Below are positions 12,041-24,714 of a stretch of 58,220 nt of DNA, in pieces (position 1 is the stretch's first letter; each line of letters begins with the position of its first letter). Source of the stretch: Girardia tigrina. Taxonomy: Eukaryota. The translations under genes and the position numbers were made by a program. The notes under the pieces are model-generated. The model searched no databases. It saw only the letters and a list, made by a program, of their open reading frames with translations, and was not told the DNA's origin. The stretch spans positions 1 to 58,220 of the forward strand of contig MQRK01254974.1 of the NCBI GenBank assembly GCA_001938485.1, given 5' to 3'.

Positions 12041-12712
12041 TTTTTAAGGGTTCTTTTTGGTGAACTGAAAATTCTTGATATTTTTAAATTAAAAATCATA
12101 ATTATATTTAAGATAAATTAAAAAATATTATTTTACTAATTAAATTGAAAGAAATTATATATAAAAAATTTAAGTTTTTTAGATAATATTTATACTAATT
12201 AAAATGAAATAGGTTTTGTAAAAAGTATAGTGATAAGTTATAGTATATAGATAATATTTTATTAATTACAACTGTGAGGAATATTTTAAGTTTGGTATGT
12301 TGAAATTGGTTTGTTGAATTTTGTATGTTGAGTTTAGTATTTGGAAATGTGTTTCTCTCACCCAGATGGAAAATTGATATTTTAGATGTTCACGATAGAT
12401 AATTATTCGAATATAATTTACATTTTAAAGTACAACATAAGATATTTAAAAACTTTAAAAATATTAAATCGTTTCAAATTTTCATATTAAAATTTAAATA
12501 AAGTAAATAGTTTTAACTGAGTTTTGAATTAAATAAATGTTCTTTCTTTCCATAAAATAACTTTTTAAATAAAATAATATGTAAATAAAATCATTATTAA
12601 AATTACAAAATTTGGACTTTAAAATTAAATCTGAAAATAATGAAAAATTTGTTCGAATAATTGTTTGAATTTGAATAAAAAAACATTAACTAAAATTTAT
12701 CAATTTAGAACG

Positions 12713-13750
12713 ATGTCGAATTACGAGAGTTTTGGTGAGAGTTGTCCAAAAGACAATTCTAATTATATTGAAAATAAAAGTTTGAAAAGCCATGTTGGTG
12801 TTCTTAATATGGCGACACACAACCACCTGATTCCGAACATCAGAGGTTCGGAGATTTTTGATGGATCAGAAACAAAAGTTGAGGCATTCATAACGAGCTT
12901 TAACAGGTATGCGAAGATAATGGGATCTTTCGAGGAGTAGAAAATCTTATTAGTAACACCATATATGACTCCGGATGTCATAATAAAATATGAAGCAGCG
13001 GCAGGTGAAACATGTGAAGAGAAACTAAGATCCGCATTTTCAAAGGAAAAATCTATCCTGGATCTAATGAAGGAATTGGTAGAAATGAGAATTGGATCCA
13101 GCGATCCAACAGTAATATTTAGAAAGGATGATGAAATCATTGAAAAATTAATTGAGAAAAAGTTGGGTAAAAAGGAACTATCAAATTTGGTCTACGCTAA
13201 TCTGATAGATGACAACATCGTACAGAAAGAAATAGCTGTTAGAGGTATCAAGAAATCTGAAGAGATTGAAGACATTCAAACGAGAATGTTCGAATTTGAT
13301 AAAAAGAAAAGAAATGCTCCTGTAGCGGCATATAACACGAAAAGAGAAAATGAATGGAGAACAGTGGAAAATAAAAAAAGAACACCAAGACCACAGAACA
13401 AGAAATTCATAGAACAAGAAACAAGAAGAAATTTTAAAGTTCAAAAAATTACCTGTTGGATATGCCACGAAGAAGGGAATGTTAGAAGACAGTGCCCTAA
13501 CGTGGAGTGTAGTCATTGTAATGGAAAAGAGCATTTAAGAACACAGTGTTATGAAAACCCTAATAGATTTAGGGAGCGTGATCAATGGAAAAGGGATAAG
13601 GGAAATGGAACAACAGAAAAAATTACTCGAATAAACGGTATAGAGAACGGCCAACACACATGAATATGAAATACCCAGTAGCAGAAGTGGACGAACTAGA
13701 TGATGAATTGTACATAAGAGAAGATTCTAGAAAAGGGGACTATTCTGAAT
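12713..13750 (+). pseudogene. gag: gag of the gypsy element, with two CCHC-type knuckles
   Basis: The frame opens at ATG 12713 inside the LTR and has a premature TAG at 12938. Knuckles CWICHEEGNVRRQC and CSHCNGKEHLRTQC. Confidence 0.85.
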
Positions 13751-13835
13751 AAACGTATAGAAAAGAAAATGACAAAAGACTGGAATATCCTGTAGGCAAC
13801 AGAAAATTCAGAAATGATCAGGGAAACGAGGACGC

Positions 13836-16800
13836 ATGATCACAGGGAGAAGTGATCAATGTGCTACAATAGGATCTCAATGTAGGTGTATGATTGATTG
13901 TATGTATGGATATGTTTGTGATTGTATGTTTGATGATGTGTTTGAAAATATTCCTTTGGAGAGATGTAGATTAGATAATGAACCTGAAGAAGACGATGAA
14001 ATATGTGCTAATATCGATATAGAAAATGAGAAAAAAATAAAAAAGAATACTGAAGTTATATTGATATTACTGAAGTTTAACATAAATTATAAAGAATTGA
14101 AAGGTAGACCAACTATAGAGTTCCAAATAAAGATTAAAAATGTCAAATTCCTGTTAGATACAGGAGCTCGAGTCAACGTTATTAAAGCAGAGATAATTAA
14201 AGATATGAAAGATGTCAAGATCAAAGAAACTAAAAGACGAATACATTGTGCAAATTATTCAGAACTTATAAATTATGGGATTGTTCAATTTAAAGTGGTA
14301 ATTGAGAGAATGTAGAAAACAGTGGATTTCTTCGTGGTCAAAGATTTAAATCCAGAAATGATTGCATGAATAGATTTCTTGGACAAATCCAGGATTAAGT
14401 TAAAGAGAGAACCATCAAATACGAATGAGTTACTGGTAATACAAGACAATCCATCAGACGAGGATAGACTAAGGAGAATAAAAGAGCTGTTTAAAAACAA
14501 AATTGACAGCCAACTAATGGAACTTTCAACAGAATTTAAATCCATATTTTCGGCCGACAAATGTGATATTGGAAGGACGTCATTTACCAAACACAAGATC
14601 AAAACGCATGGAGAACCAGTTTTATTCAAATCTTATCGACAACCAAAACATTTCCATGAAAAACTGGACGATATTATTCGAAATTATGAAGAAAACGATA
14701 TTATAGAGAAATGCAGTTCACCGTGGAATTTCCCTCTAGTTTGTGTTTGGGAAAAAGAGAAACAGGACATTCGAGTGTGTGTAGATTTTCAGCAATTGAA
14801 TAAAATCACCGTTAGACCTGAATTCCCAATGCCAAATGTTGAGGAAATGTTGAATACTCTAAATGGAGCAAAGTATTTTAGCACAATCGATTTGGGAAGC
14901 GCATACCATCAAGTGGAACTTGATGATGAATCAAAAGTCAAAACAGCATTGTCAACAAAAGATGGTCAATACTGTTTCAAGAGTATGCCATTTGGAATTT
15001 TAGCGGCACCAGCAACGTGTCAAGAACTGATGGTAAGAGTTTTGGGTGACTTAAATTGGAAAGAGACAGTTATGTATTTAGACGATATATTAATTTTCGC
15101 AAAACACAAGGAAGAAATCCTCAACGAATTGAACACGTATTTAGTAAAATGAAGCAATCGGGTCTGAGAATTAATCCAGATAAATGTCACTTTTTGGTTG
15201 AAAAGACAAAGTTTTTGGGATATGTGATCAGCAGAAACGACATAGAAACAGATCATACAAAGATTGATGCGATTAGCAAGTTTCAGAATCCTTCAGTTGT
15301 AAAACATTTGAGAAGCTTTTTAAGTTTAACGAACTATTACAGGAAATTATTAAAAGACTATGCAAAGTATTCAAAAGTATTGGAACGACTATGCGGAAAG
15401 AATAAAGAAAAAAAGCTAATATGGACGGAAGAATGCAACGAAGCGTTTCAAAAATTAAAGGAAAAGATGATCAATACACCAATACTGGCATACCCAGATT
15501 TCGGAAAAGAATTCATATTGGACACGGACGCTAGTTTTGACACCATTGCGCGGTGCTGTCACAGAAAGATATATTTGGAAGAGAAAGAGTGATTGCATAT
15601 GGATCCCACAAAATGAACAAACATGTATCGGGATACTGTAGTACGAGAAAAGAACTGCTGGCAATCTACTATTTTACACAACACTTCAAGCACTATCTGT
15701 ACGGCAAGAAATTTCTATTAAGAACGGATCATAAAGCCATTACCTTTATGATGACGACAAAGAACCCAATCACTCTGCAATTTCAAACTTGGATAAATTT
15801 TCTAAGTGGGTTGGATATGACAATAGAATACCGGAAAGGTGAAAAACACTCTAACGCCGATGTGATGTCTAGAAATTCCTGTGTAATGTGTGTACAATGT
15901 CAAACTATGCATGAGGAAGCTAAGAAAGGTAAAGTTAAAACAAGAATCCAAGCGTTAGACGATGAATCCAAAGGATTCAAATGGCAGAAAGATAATGACG
16001 AGATAAAACAGATTAGATCAGATATCAAAACTGGGAAAACAAAGAAATGGTTACTGAAAGATGATATCGTAACGACAATGGATAACAAATACTGGATTCC
16101 GAAAGTTAAAAGGACTTAATTCGTGGAAGAAATACACAAGATGCTGTGTCACGCTGGTAGCAAGAAAGTTTATAATTATTTGAAAAATGATTTCAATATG
16201 GAAGATATGAGAAAAACGGTAAAGGAAATTGTGCAACGTTGTATGAATTGTCAGAAAAGAAAGACCTTAAGAAGAAAAAAAAGAGAAACATATTAAACAA
16301 TCTGCTGATGAACCATTCCAAAAAATATATATGGATTTCTGCGGACCTTTTAAAAGAAATATTAATGGATGTCAATACATACTAGCGATAATCGATCAAT
16401 TTAGCAGATACATCAGTTTGAACGCAGTAGCTCATCAAGACGAGAAAACAGTGCGAAAGGTATTACTAGACAAATGGATTTTGAAATATGGACCACCAAA
16501 AGAAATGACAATAGAGGAAAAACATCCGATTCAGCCCTTTTTAAAGAAACATCAAATAGATTTAAAGCTGAGATAGTATATTCCAGTCCTCACCACCACA
16601 ATACCAATGGGATTGTTGAGAGACAATTCAGAAAAATTAGGGATGCCATGAATATACGGATGAAAGACGAGGTCCACAAAGATTGAACGGAAATCTAGCC
16701 AAAAATAGTTTATGCTAAATAGCACAATTCAGGTAACCACAGTGATATCTCCAGCAGAAATAATTTTTGGTAGAAAACTAAGACATTGGTGGAAAAACAC

Positions 16801-16990
16801 CGATGGAAAAAGACATGTCGAGAAGGAAAGCACGACACAAACGAAACGAGTATTCAGAATTGGAGATAAAGTGCTTATAAAGAAAGAAAACATAATGAAA
16901 GATGAGGATCGATATATGGGCCAAGCCACAATAAAGAACCAACGACATGAATAGTGATCAGAAATGTGGAATGGCTAAAGCCATTTAAAT
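13836..16990 (+). pseudogene. pol: pol of the gypsy element (protease, RT, RNase H, integrase), with frameshifts
   Basis: FLLDTGA (PR); SSPWNFPLV, MPFG, YLDD (RT); DTDAS, KELLAI, RTDHKA, NADVMSR (RH); H-x4-H...C-x2-C, MDFCGP, IIDQFSRY, NGIVER (INT). Confidence 0.93.
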
Positions 16991-17615
16991 CGAGGGGGAT
17001 GGGATGAATATTTTAAATTTGGTATGTTGAAATTGGTTTGTTGAATTTTGTATGTTGAGTTTAGTATTTGTCAGTTTTAGTATTTGTGTTTCTCCCACCC
17101 AGATGGAAAATTGATATTTTGGATGTTCACGATAGATAATTATTCGAGTATAATTTGCCTTTTAAAATACAACATAAGATATTTAAAAAACTTTAAAAAT
17201 ATTAAATCATTTCTAATTTTCATATTAAAAATTTAAATAAAGTAAATAGTTTTAACTAAGTTTTGAATTAATTAAATGTTCTTTCTTTACGTAAAATAAT
17301 TTTTAAATAAAATTAATATGTAAATAAAATAATACTAAAACTACAAAATTTGAACTTTAAAAATAAAATCTGAAAATAATGAAAAATTTGTTCCAATAAT
17401 TGTTTATTAACAAACATTAATAAAAAATTATCAATTTAGAACGATGTCGAATGACGAGAGTTTTGCTGAGAGTTGTCCAAAGACAATTCTGATTGTATTG
17501 AAATAAAAGTTTGAAACCCCATGTTGGTGTTCTTAATAAGTATCATGATGATAATTTTTATTTTGAAGGGTTCCCTAATTTAAATAATAACAAATAAAAA
17601 TACTTTAATTTTTAG

Positions 17616-17867
17616 ATAAAAGTGTAATCCACGTACTGCTATTCCTTTTGACAAGTTTATATTGATTCACATAAACAAAATTAAAATTATTTAGTAGTAA
17701 ATCTGATCTGTATTGGAACATTGTCAATTGTATTAGTATACAGAATAACACCAATCAGTGAGTATTTTATTATAAATATAAATTTATTAAATAATTATTA
17801 ATTATATTTATAAATTTTTTATTTTATATTTACAGAGACAAAAATGTTTAATATTATTTTGCAATGA
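17616..17867 (+). CDS. Probable 3' exons of micro-exon paralogue 1, separated from the 5' part by retroelement insertions
   Basis: AG/GT-bounded exons 17616-17632 (17 nt; one more A would give a symmetric KKCNP exon), 17695-17757 (63 nt, phase 1-1, VNLICIGTLSIVLVYRITPI) and terminal 17836-17867 (KTKMFNIILQ*). The layout parallels the last two exons of paralogue 2. Confidence 0.5.
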
Positions 17868-18078
17868 AACTGAATGTAGCGCTCGTGTCAATTTCATAAA
17901 AAAAACTGTAAACTAAAAAATGTCGGAGTTGTTTAAATGTGTGTGAAAATTGTCTTAATTTAAATTTTAATAAACCTTTCTCTCGGTAGGTCTGTTTTAT
18001 CGTAAATTTACATTTTATCTTCAAAATACTTTGTGTTAAAAATAAAAAAAGTACATGAAACTTCGGTGAATCAACTAT

Positions 18079-18602
18079 TCGCGACACCATGCGGAGACTA
18101 CAGAAACGTATGCTTCAGGCTTTCACATGAACTGTGCGGTTTCTCGATCATGCCGAGCCGTCTAGTGCCGAAGTCATCCCACCGCGGGTTGGTTATCGAT
18201 GGGGAAGTCTACAGGGAGGGTAGAGTAGCTACACGGAATCTTGGGAATAACCGATCCACACTCTTGGCAAACACGGTTCCCCACAGTCGAGTGGCTCGAG
18301 CGGCGTACCGGACAACACTGATATTTTTAATAAAAGATTAACTTAACTATTTAACACTTAAATTAAAAACTATAAGAAAATTCCATTCATATTAAATACA
18401 AAACAGATACAAGAATAATTATCTGGCTTCAATTTAGAATTACTTTATACAGAAATTAAATAGAAGTATATATTTAAGGACCTCTAAGATACTGAAGTAA
18501 GATACTGAAAACACATAATCACCATAACAGGTTCTTTTCTATGATTGCATCCGTTGATCAATTTTCGACGTTCAAGATGTTTCGTGCCCGCGGTTCTCTA
18601 TA
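18079..18602 (-). mobile_element. Possible LTR plus PBS of an unrelated LTR element
   Basis: GC-richer block. The minus strand ends ...GTCTCCGCA and is followed by tggtgtcgcg (PBS-like). Termini are imperfectly inverted. Confidence 0.35.
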
Positions 18603-18934
18603 TGGATACTAATAAAACTTTGATAATTTTATTAGTGCCTTCGAACAAGAGTGAATGTTTGTTTGGAAAATAAGTTTACCCATAAAATAATTAATTCAAA
18701 ATATTATTTTAATTTAGTATTTGTTTATTAATTCATTCTTTTAAAATTTATATTATTCTTCTTTATTTATTATTCTTCTTGGGCATTATTCTTTTTTGGA
18801 TGGAAGAATACGAGTACAAACTTTTTATATCATTTCCACAATGTGTAACACGTTATGAATAATTGATTAAATTTCATTAGAAAAATCAAAATTAAAATGA
18901 GATTTTGATCATTTATAGCAATATAACAATGACG

Positions 18935-19042
18935 TGTCATTACGGGTTCCAGGAAATCTCCATCTTTTGAATGACGAAATATTTGATTTGTCATTACGGG
19001 TTCCAGGAAATCTCCATCTTTTGAATGACGAAATATTTGATT
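18935..19042. repeat. Perfect 54-bp tandem duplication
   Basis: tgtcattacgggttccaggaaatctccatcttttgaatgacgaaatatttgatt occurs twice, starting at 18935 and 18989. Confidence 0.97.
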
Positions 19043-19130
19043 CTGCTTACGCGTGAAATGTTTCAGAAATAAGACCAAAAAATGAAAATTAATAAATATA
19101 AATAGTTATTTGAGTATGAGCCAAATAATA

Positions 19131-19685
19131 TGTTATGCTGAATTTGTGTAATTGCCGAAATCAATGCTCGACGAATTCACTAACTATATGTAAAATTTAC
19201 ATTTTAATATGAGACTTTCTGAATTTTCCGACCAAATTGGATATTACATTGTTCATCACCAGACTTAAATCTAGTACAGTTGAGAGAATACAATGTTCTC
19301 TCAGATTGTCATTTGGTCAGACATTTCAGTCGAATTGCTGTGATAAAATTTCAGATTTTTATGAGTTAAATGGAAAGGCTAAAATGAGTGAATTGTATTG
19401 AGAGTGAGAGTGACAAAAATTAGCTTTTGGTTGACAGACAGTTGTCATCTTTATCATATGACTCCGTTAACCTGTTAAGTAAGGAAAAATAGAGTAAACG
19501 ATAGTCAGAAGCTGCCAACGGTTGGATTGCTAGTATGGAATTCATCATGTCTAGTGTATTTTTGCTTAAATTTTATGAAATGAAACTAATTTCATTTGAT
19601 CCAATAATTTATTGGTATAATGTTTTTTTAATTATTGAAAGTTACCGTATAGTTGGGTTCTTGATCAATATTAGAATTCATAACA
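19131..19685. mobile_element. Possible solo LTR of another family
   Basis: Inverted termini TGTTATG...CATAACA, 555 bp long. No clean TSD. Confidence 0.4.
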
Positions 19686-20711
19686 CCAAAAATTTATTAA
19701 TAACACAATTAACAATTATTCAAACAATTTTTTAATTAAAAATTTTTGTTGTAATAAAAATTGTTTTTTATATAAAAATTTTTGTAGNNNNNNTTTCTAT
19801 CGTTTTCTTAATGACCAGATTCTTATATAAAAATATGAAATTATAAATATAAATAACTGATAAGTTATATTAAAATTGAAAATTTTTAATTCTATTTATT
19901 TGAAATATTTACATTCCTTATTTTTAAATTAAAAACCAACAAAATTTTGTAATCATATTTTTTACTAAATTAACCATAATGATATTTTATTATTTTAGAA
20001 TTAGTTTAATGTTATTTCTCTTTTTTTTTGAAACATTTCTAATTAATAAAGATTTTAACGTTTTATTTTTTTCAATATTTACAAATTTTATTATTTTTAT
20101 GATACGTTAATGATAAAAGTATTAATTAAATTTTTTTTACAAAAATATTTAGAATAACTTTTAAAATTATTACAACCTATTTTATCATTGTATTTATATA
20201 TATTTTTTTAATCAATTATTTAAAAATCCATTATTTCCCAATTAATTTCATTTTAAGTTTTTTTTNNNNNNNNNNNNNNNNNNNNNNTTCTCGAAAATAA
20301 CTTTTTAAAATTAATTACGATATTTTTTACATTATTAGAAAAACTTTTGATTTTAATTTAGAAAAGTTTAGAAAACTTTTGATTTTAAATATTTACTTAT
20401 TTCAAATATTATAAAAAATTATTTATTCAAAAATTTAAAGGATGAACTTTTCACATGAGTCCTTCACAGTGCGCTAGTTGAGGACAAAGTGTGGATTGTG
20501 CTGATGATGAAATGTTTTTCGATACAAGTCACTTTATTTTTATCCCTTAAATCCATGTGTGTGTTTTAGAATTAAATTACCTTACTTTTTTTTATTAAAC
20601 TTCAAAATTTTGGGAGGTCTTAAAAAAGCCTACTTTATCTGGTATATATATATATATATATNNNNNNNNNNNNNNNNNNNNNNNNNNNNNNNNNNNNNNN
20701 NNNNNNNNNNN

Positions 20712-20744
<33 letters not shown>

Positions 20745-21170
20745 CAAAATAAATTTTAAAGCTAAATATGTTATATATTCAAAATAATATTACTAATAAA
20801 AAGCAGTTGATACTTGAATCTCACTCAAACGAAAATCTGATAGTTAGCAGTCAGAATATAACTGTAAAAAGATGAAATACATTTAATAATAATAATAATA
20901 AATTCATACTTTAGAATCGGTCTTGATTAAAGTGGTACCACGATTTAATGGGGAAATTTTTTTAAAAATTCAGAGATAAATAGTAAATTTTTAAAAGATC
21001 ACAAAATAGTTGTTCCCATTGAAGGTAGTCGATTCATTTAGGGTTTTGAGGCGAAATTGTTCCTAAGTTCTATTAGATTGTGAATAGGATTCAGTAATTG
21101 TAGAGAGATTGAACTAAAGATATTTTAAAGTTAAAAAAAAGTATATAATTTTTATGTGAAACGATTTTAA

Positions 21171-21609
21171 TAAATCAAAACTTGAAAGCCAATTAAAAAT
21201 ATTTATTATTTTCGACGGTTTAACCGTAATCGTCAGAACAAATGATTTTTCAAACGAAATTTACTTATATAGTGCAGTTATTGATTATGTAATCAATACG
21301 TAATCAGTACATCATTTAAAAACTCTCAATAAAGTTGTAGAGAGTGCAGTTTCAAACTGCACTCCACTATTGATTTTGAATATCCAATATATATATATAA
21401 GATCTTTGGATCCTAAAATTAACGTTCAAACTGCACTCTCAACAACTTTGTTGATAGTTTTTAAATGATGTACTGATTACATATTGATTGCATAATCATT
21501 AACTGCACTATATAAGTAAATTTCGTTTGAAAAATCATTTGTTCTGACGATGACGGTTAAACCGTCGAAATTAATAAATATTTTTAATTGGCTTTCAAGT
21601 TTCGATTTT
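21171..21609. mobile_element. Penelope-like inverted terminal repeat pair (about 180-bp arms), each arm with a hammerhead ribozyme motif
   Basis: Arms 21171-21352 and 21428-21609 are near-perfect reverse complements. CTGACGA-T-GACGG-ttaaa-CCGTC-GAAA lies at 21544-21570, with its inverse at 21210-21236. Confidence 0.75.
21541..21593 (+). ncRNA. Type I hammerhead ribozyme-like motif (Penelope pseudo-LTR type)
   Basis: Conserved CUGANGA and GAAA boxes, stem II GACGG/CCGTC, stem III ATTAA/TTAAT. Stem I is weak. Confidence 0.55.
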
Positions 21610-22815
21610 AATAACTTGCCAATTTTATTTCAATTTATTCACGATTTTAAAAAAGTAATAAAATTAAATGAAACAATTAAATATTTTAAAGTGTTATCGT
21701 AATTTAAAATTGATTTATAGAAGAAATGAAAAAATCAAATATGAATATTTATGCGTATTTTTATCTATATCGGTTTAAGATTTATAAAACAAATTGTTTC
21801 TCAAAAAAAATAATAAATTTGTATAAATATTAGACTTAAACATTTTTTGTGGTATAATAAAAGTTTTAATGTCTGCTACTAATAATTCCGACAATGTTCC
21901 AAGAACCACTAATATAAGTCAAGTGTTTTTTTCATTTATTTATGAGGCTAAAATTAAATAATACATATGCCGGGAGGAAAAACGATCGAAGGAGAAAAGA
22001 TACGGCCTCATGGAGGATAGAATGTTCGTAACCATAAGTATAATGAATCCTAAGAAAACAGAAACAGCTTTAAATAGAGACACTTCAAAATGAACGATCC
22101 AGTTTTTTTCAGGTGCACCAAATCCTCATTTTAAAATGACTACGAAACTCACCTGACAAGATTCACCTTATTAAAGATTTTGGTCAATTATTATGATGAA
22201 GTGAAAATATTGCAATTAATTTTGCACGAAGTGCTTGTAATTTTTGGATAACTCTGGTAGTATCATACACTTACTTAAATCATTAATTAATAAAAGTTTT
22301 ATTTTTTTAATATACATGATAAAAATTATATTATTAATCTAGAAACAAAGAAGAAATACAAAAAGAACATTGAAAAAGGTTGGTTTACATTTTATATATG
22401 TTAATTTGAAAATATTTTAATATCTTTATTTCATTAAAACTATTAATAACTAAATTTTCCTTTTTCTCATTTTACTTTTATATATTTCCAACTTTGTCAG
22501 AGCATGTGTACTTGTATTAAGTAACGGAATCAAAAAATGTATCATTTTTTATTTTCATCTCAAAATCCGAATAAGTCAGCGTTCACAATCAAGTCAATTG
22601 AGTAATGTTCTTGACAACTTACTGTGTAGTGAACGTAGACCTTCGTTCATGTAGCAAAAAAAAATTTTATTTAATAAACCCATCATCGCTCAAAATATTA
22701 TGTCAGGAATCCAATAAGTTATACTTCGACAATTTTTGCATGTCATATTCAGGATAACATAAATTATGTATATTTATGACAGAAAAAGACTATTTATTCA
22801 AAAATATATTGTGAA

Positions 22816-23197
22816 TGTTAAGAGAACTTGCACATTGATTAAAAGTTTTATTAAAAACGATTTGCATCATCCTAGAAACAATTCATAGTAGAACTTTCAT
22901 TCGTTGACATTCTTATTCAAGAATTTTAATTTTAATCCAAATATCTTTTAATAATCCGAAAAATCTTTTAAAAATATTTACTACAAATTTCATTGGTTGA
23001 TCTTAAAATAAATATTAACCGTTTAAAAATATTAATTTGATTCATTTAAAAATTTAAAATAAAACTTCAAAAAAATTAAAATTTTATTTATATTAAATAT
23101 TTACTTAAAATAAATTGAAATATATTACCTAAATTTATATTAAATCAAAAAGCAACATTCAAACACAAAATATAAAAATATTGAAACATTCCTCACA
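22816..23197 (-). mobile_element. Diverged solo LTR of the TGTGAGGAAT family
   Basis: The minus strand reads TGTGAGGAATG...GTTCTCTTAACA. Flanks gtgaa and gttaa form a 4/5 TSD. Confidence 0.6.
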
Positions 23198-23413
23198 GTT
23201 AATATTAACTCATTACAATCTCCAACTCAAGGATTCATAGGTACTAGTAAAAATATGGAAACATAAACACTGAGTGCGAAAAATATTAATAACTTTAAAT
23301 ATCTATAACTTTAACAAAAATTCACAAAAATGAAAAATCTAATCAAGTAGTCTGTTGTTTGAATAAATCAAAATAAAATTCATTTTAATATTCATTTTTA
23401 AATTTCATTTATC

Positions 23414-24240
23414 ATGAGTATGTCATCAGAAACAGGAAGTCGCGAATTAATCATTCGTTTATTTCAAGAAAATCCACAATGAAGTCAGAAAATAAATTGC
23501 AAGAAAGACAAAGGCTTGTCAGGAAACAGTTTCTAACTTTAATAAAAACTTCAAAGAGAACTTGAACGTTTTTAGAAAAATTGGTTCTGAAAGAAGAAAG
23601 GGTTTTTCGTGTACACAAAATGTTAAGAAAGTAAAGGCTCTGTTAGAGTGAAAGCAAATTGTAGTTAGAAAACAGTTCGAAAAAATTAAACAGGCTGTGT
23701 GTTTTAAAACGTATAAAGTTCAAACAGTACCAGACCGGAACGCTAACAAGAACGTAAAGGCGCAGCAGTGAGCCAAAAAGTTTAAATCTGGTTTTCTGGA
23801 CTTATTTGCTCTGCTAGTTTTCCCAGCTACCCGGACAAGAATTTTACTCTGCAACTAAGAGAGGAGGAGTTGAAAAAAATTTAGAAGCAAGAAAGAAATC
23901 TAAGTTTCCCAAAAAATTTTTGTTTGTCTAGCTATATGTGGATGCGGGTAAAGTAGTAAATGCTTTGTCACATCTGGCACAATAAACACAGAAGTCAATG
24001 TGAAGGAGTGCTTACAAAGCGTTTATTACCATTCATAAGTCAGCATGGAGGACTTACTTTCTTTTGGCTGGATTTGGGATCGTGTCACTATGGTAAGGCA
24101 GCGATGAAGTGGTACGAAGACAATAACGTCGATTTGGTGCCAAGAGAGGCAAACCCACTAAATTGTCCAGAGCTTCGTCCAATCGAAAGATATTGAGCCC
24201 TGGTAAAAAGACAATTAAAGACGATAAACAAGAGAGCACA
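23414..24240 (+). mobile_element. IS630-Tc1-mariner transposase relic, DD37E (ITmD37E)-like
   Basis: FFWLDLGSCHYGK...WYEDNNV.LVP...NPLNCPELRPIERY*ALVKRQLK, with KTYKVQTVPDR upstream. Many stops. Confidence 0.8.
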
Positions 24241-24714
24241 GACAATGGCATAATTGTCACCAGGAATTACTTAGCCCTTGTGAAGTAGATAGTTTACGAT
24301 TTATCGCAGGTTATCATCAAATCTTTGTAATTCCTAACAGTTTTTGAAGCTTATCGTTTGTTTTATTGAAGGACTTGCTGCACCATGGGAGGAAAAGGTT
24401 GAATATAATTATTGAATTCGGCAATTACGTTAGCCTTAAATTTCTAATGTGTTCAAAAAATACAAAATAATGAAATTTGTTGTGGGCGAAAACACTCAAC
24501 GGATATTTCCGGAGTTTAATTTTATAAAAAATAATAGAAAAGAGACATTTGATAAATAAATTTATTCAATTCAAAATTTTCGCCAACAAAGAGATTTAAA
24601 TAAACAAATTGTTTTTTATGTGCGTTATAAATAATTTATATGGTAATTTTAATATATTTAATCTATATGTATTAATATTTATATAAAAATTAATTTTCTA
24701 AATTTTTCTTACAA

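Larger units (their letters stand above)
12273..17538 (+). mobile_element. Near full-length Ty3/gypsy LTR retrotransposon (decayed)
   Basis: 5' LTR 12273-12809, PBS tggcgac at 12810, PPT gaggggga 16992-16999, 3' LTR 17000-17538. Domain order gag-PR-RT-RH-INT. Flanks acaac and agtat do not form a TSD. Confidence 0.96.

Noticed and set aside
18935-19042. Direct repeats as a possible CRISPR-like array
   Set aside because: Only two adjacent copies with no spacer, in eukaryotic context.
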